A stretch of 63,929 nucleotides of DNA from Octopus bimaculoides (taxonomy: Eukaryota). Within the stretch, counting starts at the first letter, position 1. Every line of letters begins with the position of its first letter. Under the pieces are notes generated by a model, which saw only the letters and a program-made list of their open reading frames with translations, had not been told where the DNA came from and did no database searches. The position numbers and the translations under genes are program-made. The stretch spans positions 4,821,632-4,885,560 of the forward strand of contig NC_068989.1 in the NCBI RefSeq assembly GCF_001194135.2, in the 5' to 3' direction. Positions 52,422 through 63,929 of this stretch are shown here, one piece after another.

Positions 52422-52582
52422 GTGGCCCACCACAAGAAACATCCAAATACCTTTACCAGTTTGAGTTCAATCGACTTTTACTGGACAGCATACCAAAACC
52501 GTATCAAATAGTCTATCCACAACAACTGCGTCACAACAATGTGGTTAGCATTAACACACGCCAGCACCGAGTCAGGCATCAT
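52422..52582 (+). CDS. Internal coding exon (161 nt, phase 1 to phase 0) of an ADAM metalloprotease-disintegrin; start of the prodomain (Pep_M12B_propep-like)
   Basis: Acceptor tctctttgtattttaccacag| and donor CAT|gtaagt. Only one frame is open: (G)GPPQETSKYLYQFEFNRLLLDSIPKPYQIVYPQQLRHNNVVSINTRQHRVRHH. The motif YQIVYPQQLRH..V.SINTR resembles the IIYPxQLRH...ISTR prodomain start of Mind-meld/UNC-71-type ADAMs (from recall). It splices in frame to the next exon. Confidence 0.85.
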
Positions 52583-53171
52583 GTAAGTAATTTCTTCTAT
52601 TCAATTATTCTCATCTTTTCCCATCAATTTGGGGCGAGTTGCTCAACTAAAGGTGGTGCTCCAGCATGGCCACAGTCAAATGACTGAAACAAGTAAAAGA
52701 GTAAAAAGAGTATAACTTTCTTGTTGTTTCACTTCAGGTTAGCACTGCCTAAAAGGATTATCAAACATAGGACTACATTATCAGATGTGTCTTAAAAAAA
52801 AGAGAGAAAGAGAGATAAAGCGTAGTTAGAGGGAGATTTGGTGGCAGTTTCTTGCAGGCCAAACAACAGAGTAGAGGTTCCTGATATGCTCCAGGTTCTT
52901 CCACAGAAATAAGATCTTTCTGCTGCAATATACTCTTGACATATTCATCTTCAATGGAAGCACTTCATGCAAGAGACGTACCAAGTTTCCCCTTTTGTTT
53001 TGTATACAGCATATATATTTACACACAATAATGTACATATGTGCATGACAATGCAAATAACGTATATGATTGTGTACGTTTATTTATATACATACATATA
53101 TACACACACACATATTTTATTTTGATATAGAATAGAATTGATTTGTTTCGCCTTCCCTATCTCTCCATACA

Positions 53172-53242
<71 letters not shown>

Positions 53243-53439
53243 ATGGATGTATATTTGTATGTGTTGTGTGTATATGTGTATGTGTGCATATAAGTATATA
53301 CATATGTAAGTATATNNNNNNNNNNNNNNNNNNNNNNNNNNNNNNNNNNNNNNNNNNNNNNNNNNNNNNNNNNNNNNNNNNNNNNNNNNNNNNNNNNNNN
53401 NNNNNNNNNNNNNNNNNNNNNNNNNNNNNNNNNNNNNNN

Positions 53440-53474
<35 letters not shown>

Positions 53475-54440
53475 GCACGCACACACACTGACAAAATAAA
53501 GAAACATTACATATAGACAAAAACCTACACAATGAAGTCATATTTACTTCATATGTACTGTAAGCTGTCTTTACAATGATATTGAACTTTTAAAATGTAT
53601 GATTATTTATTTATTTATTTGCTCATTTAGTTATTTATTTACTTATGTATTTTGTTTTCAGTGCTATTAACATTATTTTGAATATTATTAACATTAATCA
53701 AATTGGCTTTTCTAGATACTTCCATTTCTGTTATATAATTAGATAATGGAAGATCTATTGTATCATGTGAGCAGACAGACGCTGTTTTAAGATTGATGTT
53801 GTTGTTGTTGTTGTTGTTATTGTTTGTTTTAGATATTTCCCCAGTTTTATCAACCCGTTCAGTGCAGCTGTTATATTACATGCATTAACAACAGTGATAG
53901 TAACCACTGTGACACAGCAAGAACACCACTAAGTTTACACAGGTTTTAATTTGAGGTTCAGTGGTTGTAATAGTAGTAGTAGTAACAGTTTCAGCTGTGA
54001 CCATCCTACCTTTTCTTATTTATAGGATATACTGTGCAATGTATCCTTCCTTATTTAAGATGGTACACAATACTCTGAAAGCAATTTCCTTGCTGTTTCT
54101 AGCAGGCTGAGTGAGGCTTCTTTCAGTGGCTCAAGTAGTATTGGCGGCAAGTGGTGGTGGTAGTCTACTTATGTGTTGTGAATTCAAACTTTGCTGCAGC
54201 GGTTGGTATTAGAAAGGGCATCTGGCCATAGTAACCCTGCCAAAAATATATCATCCCAATGTCCCCAACCCATCTGGGGAAAGGAGCCATTTATGCATGA
54301 TTTCGATATCATATTTGTTGAAAGCATGTGAAACAACAGGAAAAGAAAGAAAAAAAACTCATGGAACAAATATCTGTTGGTGGGAAATTCCAAGGTACCC
54401 ACTACCCCTCCCCACTTCTTGTCCAGAAGAAAATGGTTTG

Positions 54441-54683
54441 GTTGCTGGAAGACCCTTTGTCTCGCAACAGGACTCTGCGCCCTGCCACACAAGCAGGAGA
54501 ACTCAGTCATGGCTGTCAGACAATTTCTGTGACCACATCACCCCTAACATCTGGCCCTCTAACTCCCCAGACTGCAACCCCCTTGATTATTATGTGTGGG
54601 GTGCAGTTGAGCGAGAGACCAACAAAACTCCTTGAAACATCAAAGATGAGCTGAAGGCAAGGATTATGGCAGCATTCACCAAC
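54441..54683 (+). mobile_element. Tc1/mariner transposase fragment, DD37D (maT-type) spacing
   Basis: VAGRPFVSQQDSAPCHTSRRTQSWLSDNFCDHITPNIWPSNSPDCNPLDYYVWGAVERETNKTP*NIKDELKARIMAAFTN. There are 37 residues between the QD and PLD aspartates (counted). Confidence 0.9.
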
Positions 54684-54971
54684 AAGGGTCAGTAAAATAA
54701 AGTACCAGTCAAATATCGGGGCCAGTTTGAGGGAGAACCTTAGCTACATTGATCTCACTGATTTCAAAGGGCCTTCCTCCAGACATTAAAAAGTATTTGT
54801 ATCTATGTGTCTATGGTCTGTCTGTCTCAAACTGGGCTGTCCACCAGTCTGTCTGCCTATTTCATTATCCTGTCATGATGCATTATGTCTATTACTATTT
54901 GTCAACCTACCTCTCTCTCTGTGTCTGTCAATCCAGTATGTCACTGATCTTGTGTTATTTCTTTTATACAG

Positions 54972-55054
54972 GGGACTTATGACCACCACAAATGTGTTAC
55001 CATTCAGTTGGAACTATTTGAAAAGAAATACAAAATTCGACTGGACCTTAACAA
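54972..55054 (+). CDS. Next coding exon (83 nt, phase 0 to phase 2) of the same ADAM gene, prodomain
   Basis: Acceptor gttatttcttttatacag| and donor AA|gtaagt. Open frame GTYDHHKCVTIQLELFEKKYKIRLDLN(K/N) matches the ADAM prodomain pattern H...sfqi.afg..f.l.l.lN. Phase is compatible with 52422-52582 across a 2389-nt intron. I could not identify the following exon within the window. Confidence 0.85.
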
Positions 55055-55166
55055 GTAAGTATTCTTATGCATCAAAAATTTTCCAAATGAAGTTTTAAAT
55101 GTACAGTAGAGCACCAAATAAAATATTTGCCATGTTTGATTACATTTCTTATATATAGACACACTG

Positions 55167-55210
<44 letters not shown>

Positions 55211-57764
55211 CATTTCCAAATCTCTTTGTAATTATGTTTTGTAATGTGTGGCTTATTATGTAGTAAAACTAAATCGAAAAATAATTTCTGGTATTTTCCT
55301 ATTAATGATAGCCAATTTTATTTACTAAAGGATGAGTATGTAAATTATCACAGTCGTGAGAGAAATGTAATAGTTGATTGACAGACTTTTGGAATAACTG
55401 TCACTGACTTGTGAAGGAGGAAAAAGGCAAGGAATTACATGATTGTTGAAGACTTTATTTACTAACCTTTAGTATAAAAGAATTGGCTATTGATAATAGG
55501 AAAGTACTTGTTTTTTAGGAGGTTTTTTAATGTAAAATTTCTACAAAACCAGGCAGGAATTCAAATGTTTGCATTATTTTATTTTTTGAGAGGTGGGGGT
55601 GAGGTGGGAGTGGGGACTTTCATTTTGCAAAGAAAAGTTTTCTCTTCTATTTCTAAACTAGAAAAATGACTACAGTATGTAAAAATACTGCCCAAGTCTC
55701 CGAAAGAAAACTGAATGAAAGCAGACATGTTTTTAAAAACAAAAAAAGAATACAAATTCATTTTTTAAGTAGATATGCTTATTTCATAACTCCACCCCAC
55801 CCCTACCCTAAGAAAGAAAATGATTTTGTGCAAAACCATCACAATTTTGAACAATTTAAATGACATAATTAACAACAACAAAGCAGCAAAAAGCAAATTC
55901 AGAATGAATAGAAAGTTTGAATTGAGAAATGCTGAATGCCTTCCATCATTTGCTGCGGTGACCTTGAATAGACAGGCCCTAGATACGAATTATCTAGCTG
56001 AGAACTGCTTATTTGAACTGTGTGACAAAGGGAAAAGCATCCATACCTAAGGTTCTTACCAAACAGCTGAATAAAAATGAAAATAACTTATCACAATATC
56101 TGGAATATGACAGGTGTCTTTTGTTATTCCTGCAAAAGAGTAGTTGTAAGCAACCCTGGTCAATATGTGGCAGAACATCTCCGCCATCAACTAAGATGGA
56201 AATGATGCAGTTTTAATTAAAGAAAAAAATACTTAAAGAATAAGGATGCAGAACATGTAGTGCGAAGCCCACCTCTGTGATTTTAAGTTCTTGATATAGT
56301 AAACAAAGCATTGATGGATCATTTAAATAAGATACATGAACAGTTAGGGGTATATATTGTGCAGATTTGAACATAGATGGCTTCTGATTATGTGGAGTGC
56401 ATGACAGACTGGCTACTTGTGAAGAATTCTAAACAATAACAACAGCAATCAGGGAGGGAGGGGGGACAATAAATTTCAGAAGCATTTGGAAGTATATTCT
56501 GCTTCTTTTGACTTATTCAAGTTTGCTATCAAAATCTTAAGGCCTTCCTAAGTAAATTCTTGGTGTTGTTGTTGTTTAACCACAGGTCATTCCTAGTGTT
56601 TCTGTCATGATCATCTTAATTTCTTTATACAGTGTTTGTAAGCATATTATTGAATATGCCTTCCCATTAAAAAAAAAGAATTATGATTTAGCTGCTACTT
56701 CTTGCAGATCAAGTAATGCTGTAAGAATTCCTGTGTTAGCTCAACTTAAGTAGATAAAAATAAGCAAGCAATGGAAAAAGTGAAAACAAAACAAGAAATT
56801 TGTAAATCATTTCTTTTGTCTGTTGTTAACAAAAAAAAACCTGCACCTCCTCTTCTTATTTAAAAAAAAAAAATTAAAAAATATTGGGATTGAGTAAGGA
56901 TTAAGACATCATCAGTAAAATGAGATAATCCTTACAGCTCTACTGTTATTGAATGTGTTCCAAGGATTAAGTTAAGAAGAAATAGATTTCTTGGCAAAAA
57001 GAAAACAAGAGAAAATGGAAAGATTAGGAAGTATTAAAATACATGAAGTGGAAGGTTTGAACTTAGGCAGCAGCTGCGTGTGTGTGTGTGTGTGTGTGTG
57101 TGATAGAGAGAGGGGGAGCATGTACATATATGAACACATGGAGGGGGAGAGAGAATGTACATGTAGGAGCATATATTTACGTGTGTGTGTGTGTGTGTGC
57201 TCAATTGCTTGTGAATATATTTGTGACTCATCTGTGTAAATATATTGGTATATTCATACACCAGAAAATGAAACTATTTGTTTGAATGATTGTGTGCACA
57301 TATGCTATATGTACTGTATTTATGCACAACACAGCATAAATCAGAATTGAAACAAATTTAAATTGCATAATGCCCTACCATGGGTTAAATAAGAATTAAA
57401 ATTATAAAAACATCTTCCTTATGCTGTTGTTGTATAGAAAAAGGAGGAGAAAGTTTCCATTGCAATTCCTGCAGACAAAAACATTGCCAACAATTTCAAA
57501 ATATACTGAATTTAAAAGTATGTCCAAAAGCAAAAATGTAAGTCATACCAGTTATTATCAGAGGAAGAAAAAAATCTATTGTACCTCCTAAAGTAGTTGG
57601 ACATTGAGTGCTCCAAAAATCTTCCCTCCTGGAAACAGTTCATATTCTTAGAAAGGTACTTTCTTTACTTTCTTTCCAAGAAAAACATCTACAAAAATCA
57701 GTATCCATACTCTACAATCAAATAACAGTGATGATGATGATAATAATAATAATAATAATAATAA

Positions 57765-58108
57765 AAAGAGCCAAGGCAACACCAGCATTCTCTCAGCAAT
57801 TAGCCAGAGATGATTTTTTAAAACGAGAATATCTGAAATAAACTCAACTGCTCTCACAAATGAGAATACTAAAAATGAACCTGACCGCTCACAAAAATTA
57901 AGTGAAAAAACAGGAAAAATAACTCTGAATCCTTGTCCAGTACCAGATTGATCCCAAAATCTCATCAGTTCATGCCAGCCACGAGGCCAAACATCCCTGA
58001 AAGTTTCATCGAAATCCATCCAGCGGTTTTTGAGATATCTTGTCCACGGAAAACAAACAAACAAATAAACACGACTGAAAACAATATCTCCGCCTTCGCT
58101 AAGGTGAA

Positions 58109-58112
<4 letters not shown>
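57765..58112 (-). mobile_element. Non-autonomous Helentron/DINE-1-like (HINE) element
   Basis: The minus strand starts with hairpin ccttcaccttagcgaaggcggag, then a (GTTT)n microsatellite, then gatatctcaaaaaccgctggatggatttcgatgaaactttcagg, and ends gttgccttggc. It sits between (AAT)n tracts. Confidence 0.65.
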
Positions 58113-58139
<27 letters not shown>

Positions 58140-59180
58140 GTAATAAGGAAGAGGATATTGACTAAAAACAACTAGTGGGCTGGCTTTCCCGTCATCCCTA
58201 ACAACACAAAAACCTCTGCTTCACCACCATCACTACCCACACACAAACACACACACCCACATTTCCATCTCATATTGAATTTAATAATTTAGTTTCAACT
58301 CTACTGTGTCAATTTACAAAAGCTATATGCTGTCTAATTAGAACATTGCAAACCACTGCAATATGTTATGATATGAAATCAAACAACTGCAGCACATGTG
58401 CATCTGTGTATGCAATACGATGCCAACACTACTGTAACATGCAATCAATTGGTTACAAGCTATAGCACTGTTGCCCAATTATAGAGACATTCAATTATCA
58501 AGAGAACATTGGATTCTAATTAGAGTAAAACATGGCTTTATAGTAAGCATGTAGCACACACACACACATAACTGATAATCTAATGTGTACATAGACACAA
58601 GCACTGAAAGAAATACACTTACACATAAATATGTAAACACACACACAAACAAACAATCTCTGACAGAATAAAGTATGCACATAAAAACAAGCAAATAATG
58701 TCACACATATTACAAGACACACACACACACACACACACAGTCATCCTGCAATATGCACAGTTACACACAAATATTTGTAACATACACATACACAAATAGT
58801 TATGCTGTCACATGCACAACCTTAGATTAAAATGCACACACATGCTTAATTAAACAGAAATGCAAGAGAAATGTCTTAAAACATAAATATAGTAATTAAT
58901 ACACACACACACACACACACATGCATGAGCACACACACAAGCACACTCCTACCCATTCACCCATCATTTCTCTTCCACCCACTTCTCTCTCTCTCAAATG
59001 TAGTCAGCCAAATCTTTCTGAAATTCCTCCCTGCCATTTTAAAAATGGATGATACATTTGAAAATGTCCTTTGTACGTTATCTGGAAATGAGATGGGATA
59101 ACCATAGCCAGAATGCCTGTGACCACAGGTCTGCTGACCTGGGCTAAACCACAATAACACACACACTCTCATGCAGCCTC

Positions 59181-59383
59181 TTAACTCTTTCGTTACTGTA
59201 TTCATTTTGAGATGCTCTGTGTTTCTTTCAATTAATTTTAAATATAACAAAGAATTTAGTAAAATAACTTAGTTATTATTCAGCTAGTGTTAGGAACATA
59301 AATTGTGACTAAGGTATGCTGGAAGATTTTAATTCAAAACTTATGAAAACCGGTTTCAGCCAGGTTGGTAACGAAAGGGTTAA
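59181..59383. mobile_element. piggyBac-type MITE (TTAA flanks)
   Basis: ttaa-ctctttcgttac ... gtaacgaaaggg-ttaa gives 12-bp TIRs (11/12) with a TTAA duplication and a non-coding AT-rich interior. Confidence 0.75.
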
Positions 59384-62300
59384 ACACATATTCAAACAAC
59401 CAAAAGTACTTTATGAGACCACATATAGTTCACTCTGCTATTCCATTGATATCTTCTTAAAAGACATGGAGTGTTAGCACAAAATATTTGTCATCTAATA
59501 TAAGTCACGCTCTACCTCACACCATCTTTGGTCAAGCATCATAATACCTTTTTTTTTGTTTTCCATTGTGTTCTTCTGCAGTCTTGATGTGTTATCTTTT
59601 CCTTGGACTTCTCAGTAAGGTACTTCTATCTTCATTAGCTTTTTGACACTATGAGGTGCCAAGTGGCCTGTGACAAGGGTCCTTTGCAGTTGACTCCAAA
59701 CTAGTGAGCAAAACGGTTCATATTCTTAAAAAGGTACTTTCTTTACTTTCTTTCTACACCATATGCCCGTGGGCATATGGTTGAAACGTTGTGTTAACAA
59801 CAAACAAGATAAGGCAAATATCCGTCAATTGTAAATAATGTAAATAGTGAGCAAAAGTTCTCCATTTTTCAATGTATAGACAAGCTATTTGCCAGCATTT
59901 GTAGAGAAAACTGAGATGTCAACAATGTTTATATCAAGTAGGTTATTGATCTCGGCCAATAAAGAATAAAATTTTTAAAATCCATCTTTGAGATGATAGT
60001 AGGCTAGTGAAGTTTTATAATAGAATAGAAACATTTCCAGTCAAAAGTGATAATCTCTTTGCTAGCAGATAATGACTAATGATTAAATTTCTCATGCATA
60101 AAGAAATACTGAGTGTTCAAGTGCAATATATATATATATATATGTATATATATGTAATTCAACACTAAGAATAATAACCACAAATCATGTAGATTGTTAG
60201 AAGCAGTTCTAGCCAGTCACTTTCTCCTTTAAATTTCTTCAGATGTATCGTCTTCATTTGTGATTACTGGACCCAAAACTCACAAACTGAAATTTTTCCC
60301 AAATCAATGTGCCAGAAAAATTAAACCCCACATAAACTTAATTGCATGTCTTCACACACATATACATGCAGTTTTCCATAAAACTGTAACATACTAAAAT
60401 ACAAATACATACACACATATGACATGTTCACAAGTGTTGAACACATTCTCCAAAGCTATGTAAACACACACACACACACACACTCATATATACATGCACA
60501 AATTGGTTTCTATAGCTGTGTAAACACACATATTGTCTAACTCATAAATCGTCTTATTGGGAACACACTCATAAAATAACTGCACATCTACATTTCCAGA
60601 TGTGTAAAAAAACTATACCAACGCATCCTAATAATTCAGGGTTCCGTCATCTTGCTCTGACACAGCCAACTAGTCTAGGTTTCCATCTGGAAAATTACTA
60701 CCACACCACCATCACCACAGAAACAACTACTACCACCACTACCGCCGCCGCCACCACCACCACCTATCTTTTTGAGGTATATTTACCTCCAGATATTTCT
60801 ACCTTTACCACCACCACTACTAGCCATCACTATAACTTTTGCTACCACCCCTACCTTCTGTTAGAAACATTACTTCAGTCATTACTGCTATCACCACTAC
60901 TACTACTACTACTACTACCACCAGCACCACCACAAATCATCATCATCATCACCAGCAATACTGCATTGACAAAGTAGTAACAGAAACAAGACTGGTTGGA
61001 TAGAGGAGGTGTATACGAACCTTTGCATTGTTGGTTGAATACTTAATTCATTAAATGTTGAGAGAGGGAGTAGCGGTGGAATGGGGTAGAGTAGTAGGAG
61101 GAAAAGGGATGGTAGGTAAGGAGATAGGTGAGGGGTTAATGCTGTTGCTAAGTATGTAAAAAGAGTAAATGTTGAAGTGGTCAGAAGAGAAAATATACGA
61201 AAGTAGGCAGGTATTCACGGATAGCAATATATAAGTATATGGAGTAGAGGGGCATGTCATTGATGCGGTTGTGAATAGCAACAAAAGAATTTCAACAAAC
61301 CTAGCTGAATGAGTGATTGTCAGAGTGACTAAATCAATTGATTAAATGGTTAATAACCAATCGACAAGTAATATTAAAGAAGTGAAAAAGAGTAAATGAG
61401 TGTGTTTGTTATTGGCATAACGACCCTCCCAAGGTGTGTGTGTATAACATGTTTACGAGGAAAAGGTTGACAATTGAAGTTTTGGTGCATTTGCCTTCAT
61501 CAGCCGTTAGGTGTAATACCGTAAATAATGTGTTTTTGTTTAGTATTCTGTCTTTTCTTCCAATAATAATTAGTTTCGGAATTTGTGACATTAATGCCTT
61601 TCCTAACAGTATTAATGGTGTAAGTTACATGAAATGAAATAAAAGAACTACATCCGTAGAATGAGAAACCTATTTAAATAGATTTAACAGTAGTTTATCT
61701 TCTATTTTATTTTATGGAATTTCCATGTGAGTGGGTGGGTGAGTTGGGGGACAGAATGAATGATTGTGTGAGATAATCTTATTTGTATTTCTTGGCAGAA
61801 TTAGTGTCATCTTATTTTCTCTTGCAAAAGCAATGAAACCTTGATGCATAAAAGCAATATACCATCTGCATACAATAGCCAGAACGTGTGTGGGTATGTG
61901 TTTAAGCTGTTGTAAGATTAAATGATGTGTTTGTGATGTGGGATGTGGGATACTTTCTTGAAATGCGAAGTCACCTCCTGGGGTGTTTTAACTGGTTATC
62001 GGTTGTCCACTAGTTTGTAATGATACACTGTCCACCTGTCATGATGTCAAACACCTTTTGTAGGAGGTGGGCAGCTAGGCAGCACTGATCTGATACCACA
62101 TCTACTGCAAATGTTTTATAACCACTAGTATATTCTCATCATTGTTATTATTATTACTGATGTTAATGTCATTTTTATCGTTATCGGCATCCCCTCCCCC
62201 CCCCACCTTCATCATCTTTGGCAGGTTATTGAAAGAGCTTATACATGGTTCGCTTGACCCAGTTCTTTCAAATCACATCCTCAATTAGTGTGATTCTATC

Positions 62301-63929
62301 AATTCTATACAAATGTTATTCAAACAACTCAGATGGTTTAAGGATCTACTTCCATATTATGTAATTGTGCTAAAATACGAATGATTTGTCAGCAAACAAA
62401 TAGATCTCTATAAATTTAACTCTTTTTCTTTCAGTAATTAAACTAATGGATTTCTTACATTGGCACTCGACTACAGATATTTAGGTGAAGGTTCTAATTG
62501 ATCAAATCAAACCTCCACGTGAAATGCATGAGTGATAAGTTTCACTCTGGCAAGATCTGTGGTCGGAACGTTGAATAAAATGAAACTAAATGTTGTGAAA
62601 TATTTTGTTCACTGATGCAGATTACTATCATCATCACCGCTACTTCTGTTGTCATCATCGTCATGGTATTGAGGAGAATCATGATAAAATATCCTGATGT
62701 AATTTATGTGAGTGAGTGTGTGTGTATGTATGTATGTATGTGTAGATATATATATATATATATATATAGATATATATATATATATATGCACACACACATA
62801 TCCCACTGCAGTTGACAAAATGTCTATTAAAAACAGCTATAAGTATAAAGATCTCTCTCTCTCTCTCATGTATGTATATATATATATATATATATATATA
62901 ATGAATTAAAGAGAAGAAAAGCAAACAGGTACCCAGAATGTAGTGATAAGAAGAAAAAAAATGATAAAAACAAAAGTCCCCTTTCTCTTTCTTGCCTTCA
63001 TAATAATGGGTGCATTGGGAATGACAAAAGGAGAACATGAACAATTATATAACCCAAGATCTCAAGATTTACAAATGTACATTAAATACAGAAGAACAGA
63101 AACAAAACTGAAACCAGTATAAGAAGCAGCTAGCACTAAACAGGTAGCGCACTCGTGTTACATAGATTATTATGAAGACATTGGTTGAAACCAAAAGAAA
63201 ATTGTATGTACCTCGGGAACACACTCACAAACACACACATACAATTACACTCTCACGTGTGCATGCACACAATCTCACTCGTACAGATAAACACATATGC
63301 CATACAATAAAAGCACAAAAGGCGTTTCTTGGTGTTACTGTGAAAAACTTCTATGCAATCATAGAAGACATAATGATGGAGTTGGCCAAGGTTTCCCTCT
63401 TTTTGTTTTCTCATTTGATTTCTTTCTTCTTCTTTTCTATTCTTCTTCCCTGTTCTGTCTTCTTAATTTTTTCATCTTCATTTTCTTTCTTCTGCCTTCT
63501 TCACATTCTTCCCCAATTTCTTGTGTGTTGACACAAATCTACCCATTTGTTGGCATGTGTTTTTTGTGGTAGTGGTGGAGTGTTTGTTAGTCAACTGAGT
63601 TGACCCTCCTAGTGCATGCCTACTGCTTATTTTATCGTCCCTGGAAAGGTGGAAAATAAGCCAGTTGTAGCAGGATTTGAACTTGGGAATATGGAGGGAT
63701 GAAACTAAATACTATAAGGCATTGATACTTTATTGTTTCTGCTTTTCATCTCACTGTCAAGGGATAAATATTTTGCCTCTACCACTACTTTTATGAACGT
63801 TTTCAAGAGATGATGAAAGGTGCAGCCCTGAACCTTGCTTGTGACAACCCAGTTTCACTCTGTGTCTTGTATCAAGTACCATTTTATTTATTGTATTTTT
63901 CTAACCACTGTAAATTCACTCATATATAT

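Noticed and set aside
53838-53950. Plus-strand acceptor ttttag|ATATTTCCCC within the ADAM intron, with an open phase-0 frame ending in a stop
   Set aside because: There is no convincing donor and the peptide is not ADAM-like. The 52582 to 54972 junction already gives a continuous prodomain.
59580-59616. Phase-2 compatible segment ctgcag|TCTTGATG...GTAAG|gtactt (LDVLSFLGLLSK) as the next ADAM exon
   Set aside because: The peptide does not fit the expected prodomain continuation (ll...y.e.....g....ehCyY.G) and the donor is weak.
1-63929. CRISPR arrays, rRNA genes, prokaryotic operons or defence systems
   Set aside because: The sequence is eukaryotic intron-like DNA. It has no regularly spaced repeat-spacer array, no rRNA motifs and no long ORFs.

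Overview
AT-rich, CpG-depleted, microsatellite- and SINE-saturated eukaryotic DNA. The repeat families and overall texture suggest an octopus/coleoid genome (inference, no search run). Almost all ORFs in the supplied track are microsatellite or low-complexity artefacts. The one well-supported host gene is a plus-strand ADAM metalloprotease-disintegrin of probable Mind-meld/UNC-71/ADAM11-22-23 type. Two prodomain exons are visible (52422-52582 and 54972-55054), with strong splice sites and compatible phases. Its signal-peptide exon is unresolved: there are candidates inside the window, or it may lie upstream, so most of the window is probably intron. The rest is transposon debris: Penelope/GIY-YIG, RTE and RLE-type LINE fragments, a DD37D Tc1/mariner fragment, mariner and piggyBac-type MITEs, a Helentron-like element and several SINE families. 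The most interesting observations are: (1) a perfectly bounded 69-nt exon whose only in-frame stop is a UAG that would complete a signal peptide if edited to UGG; (2) Penelope-type minimal hammerhead ribozyme motifs, one inside a near-perfect palindromic element; (3) a candidate recursive splice site; (4) several long fold-back structures; and (5) a pre-miRNA-like hairpin. Assembly gaps lie at 24663-24729, 30218-30227, 41335-41407, 49972-49981, 50647-50689 and 53316-53439.
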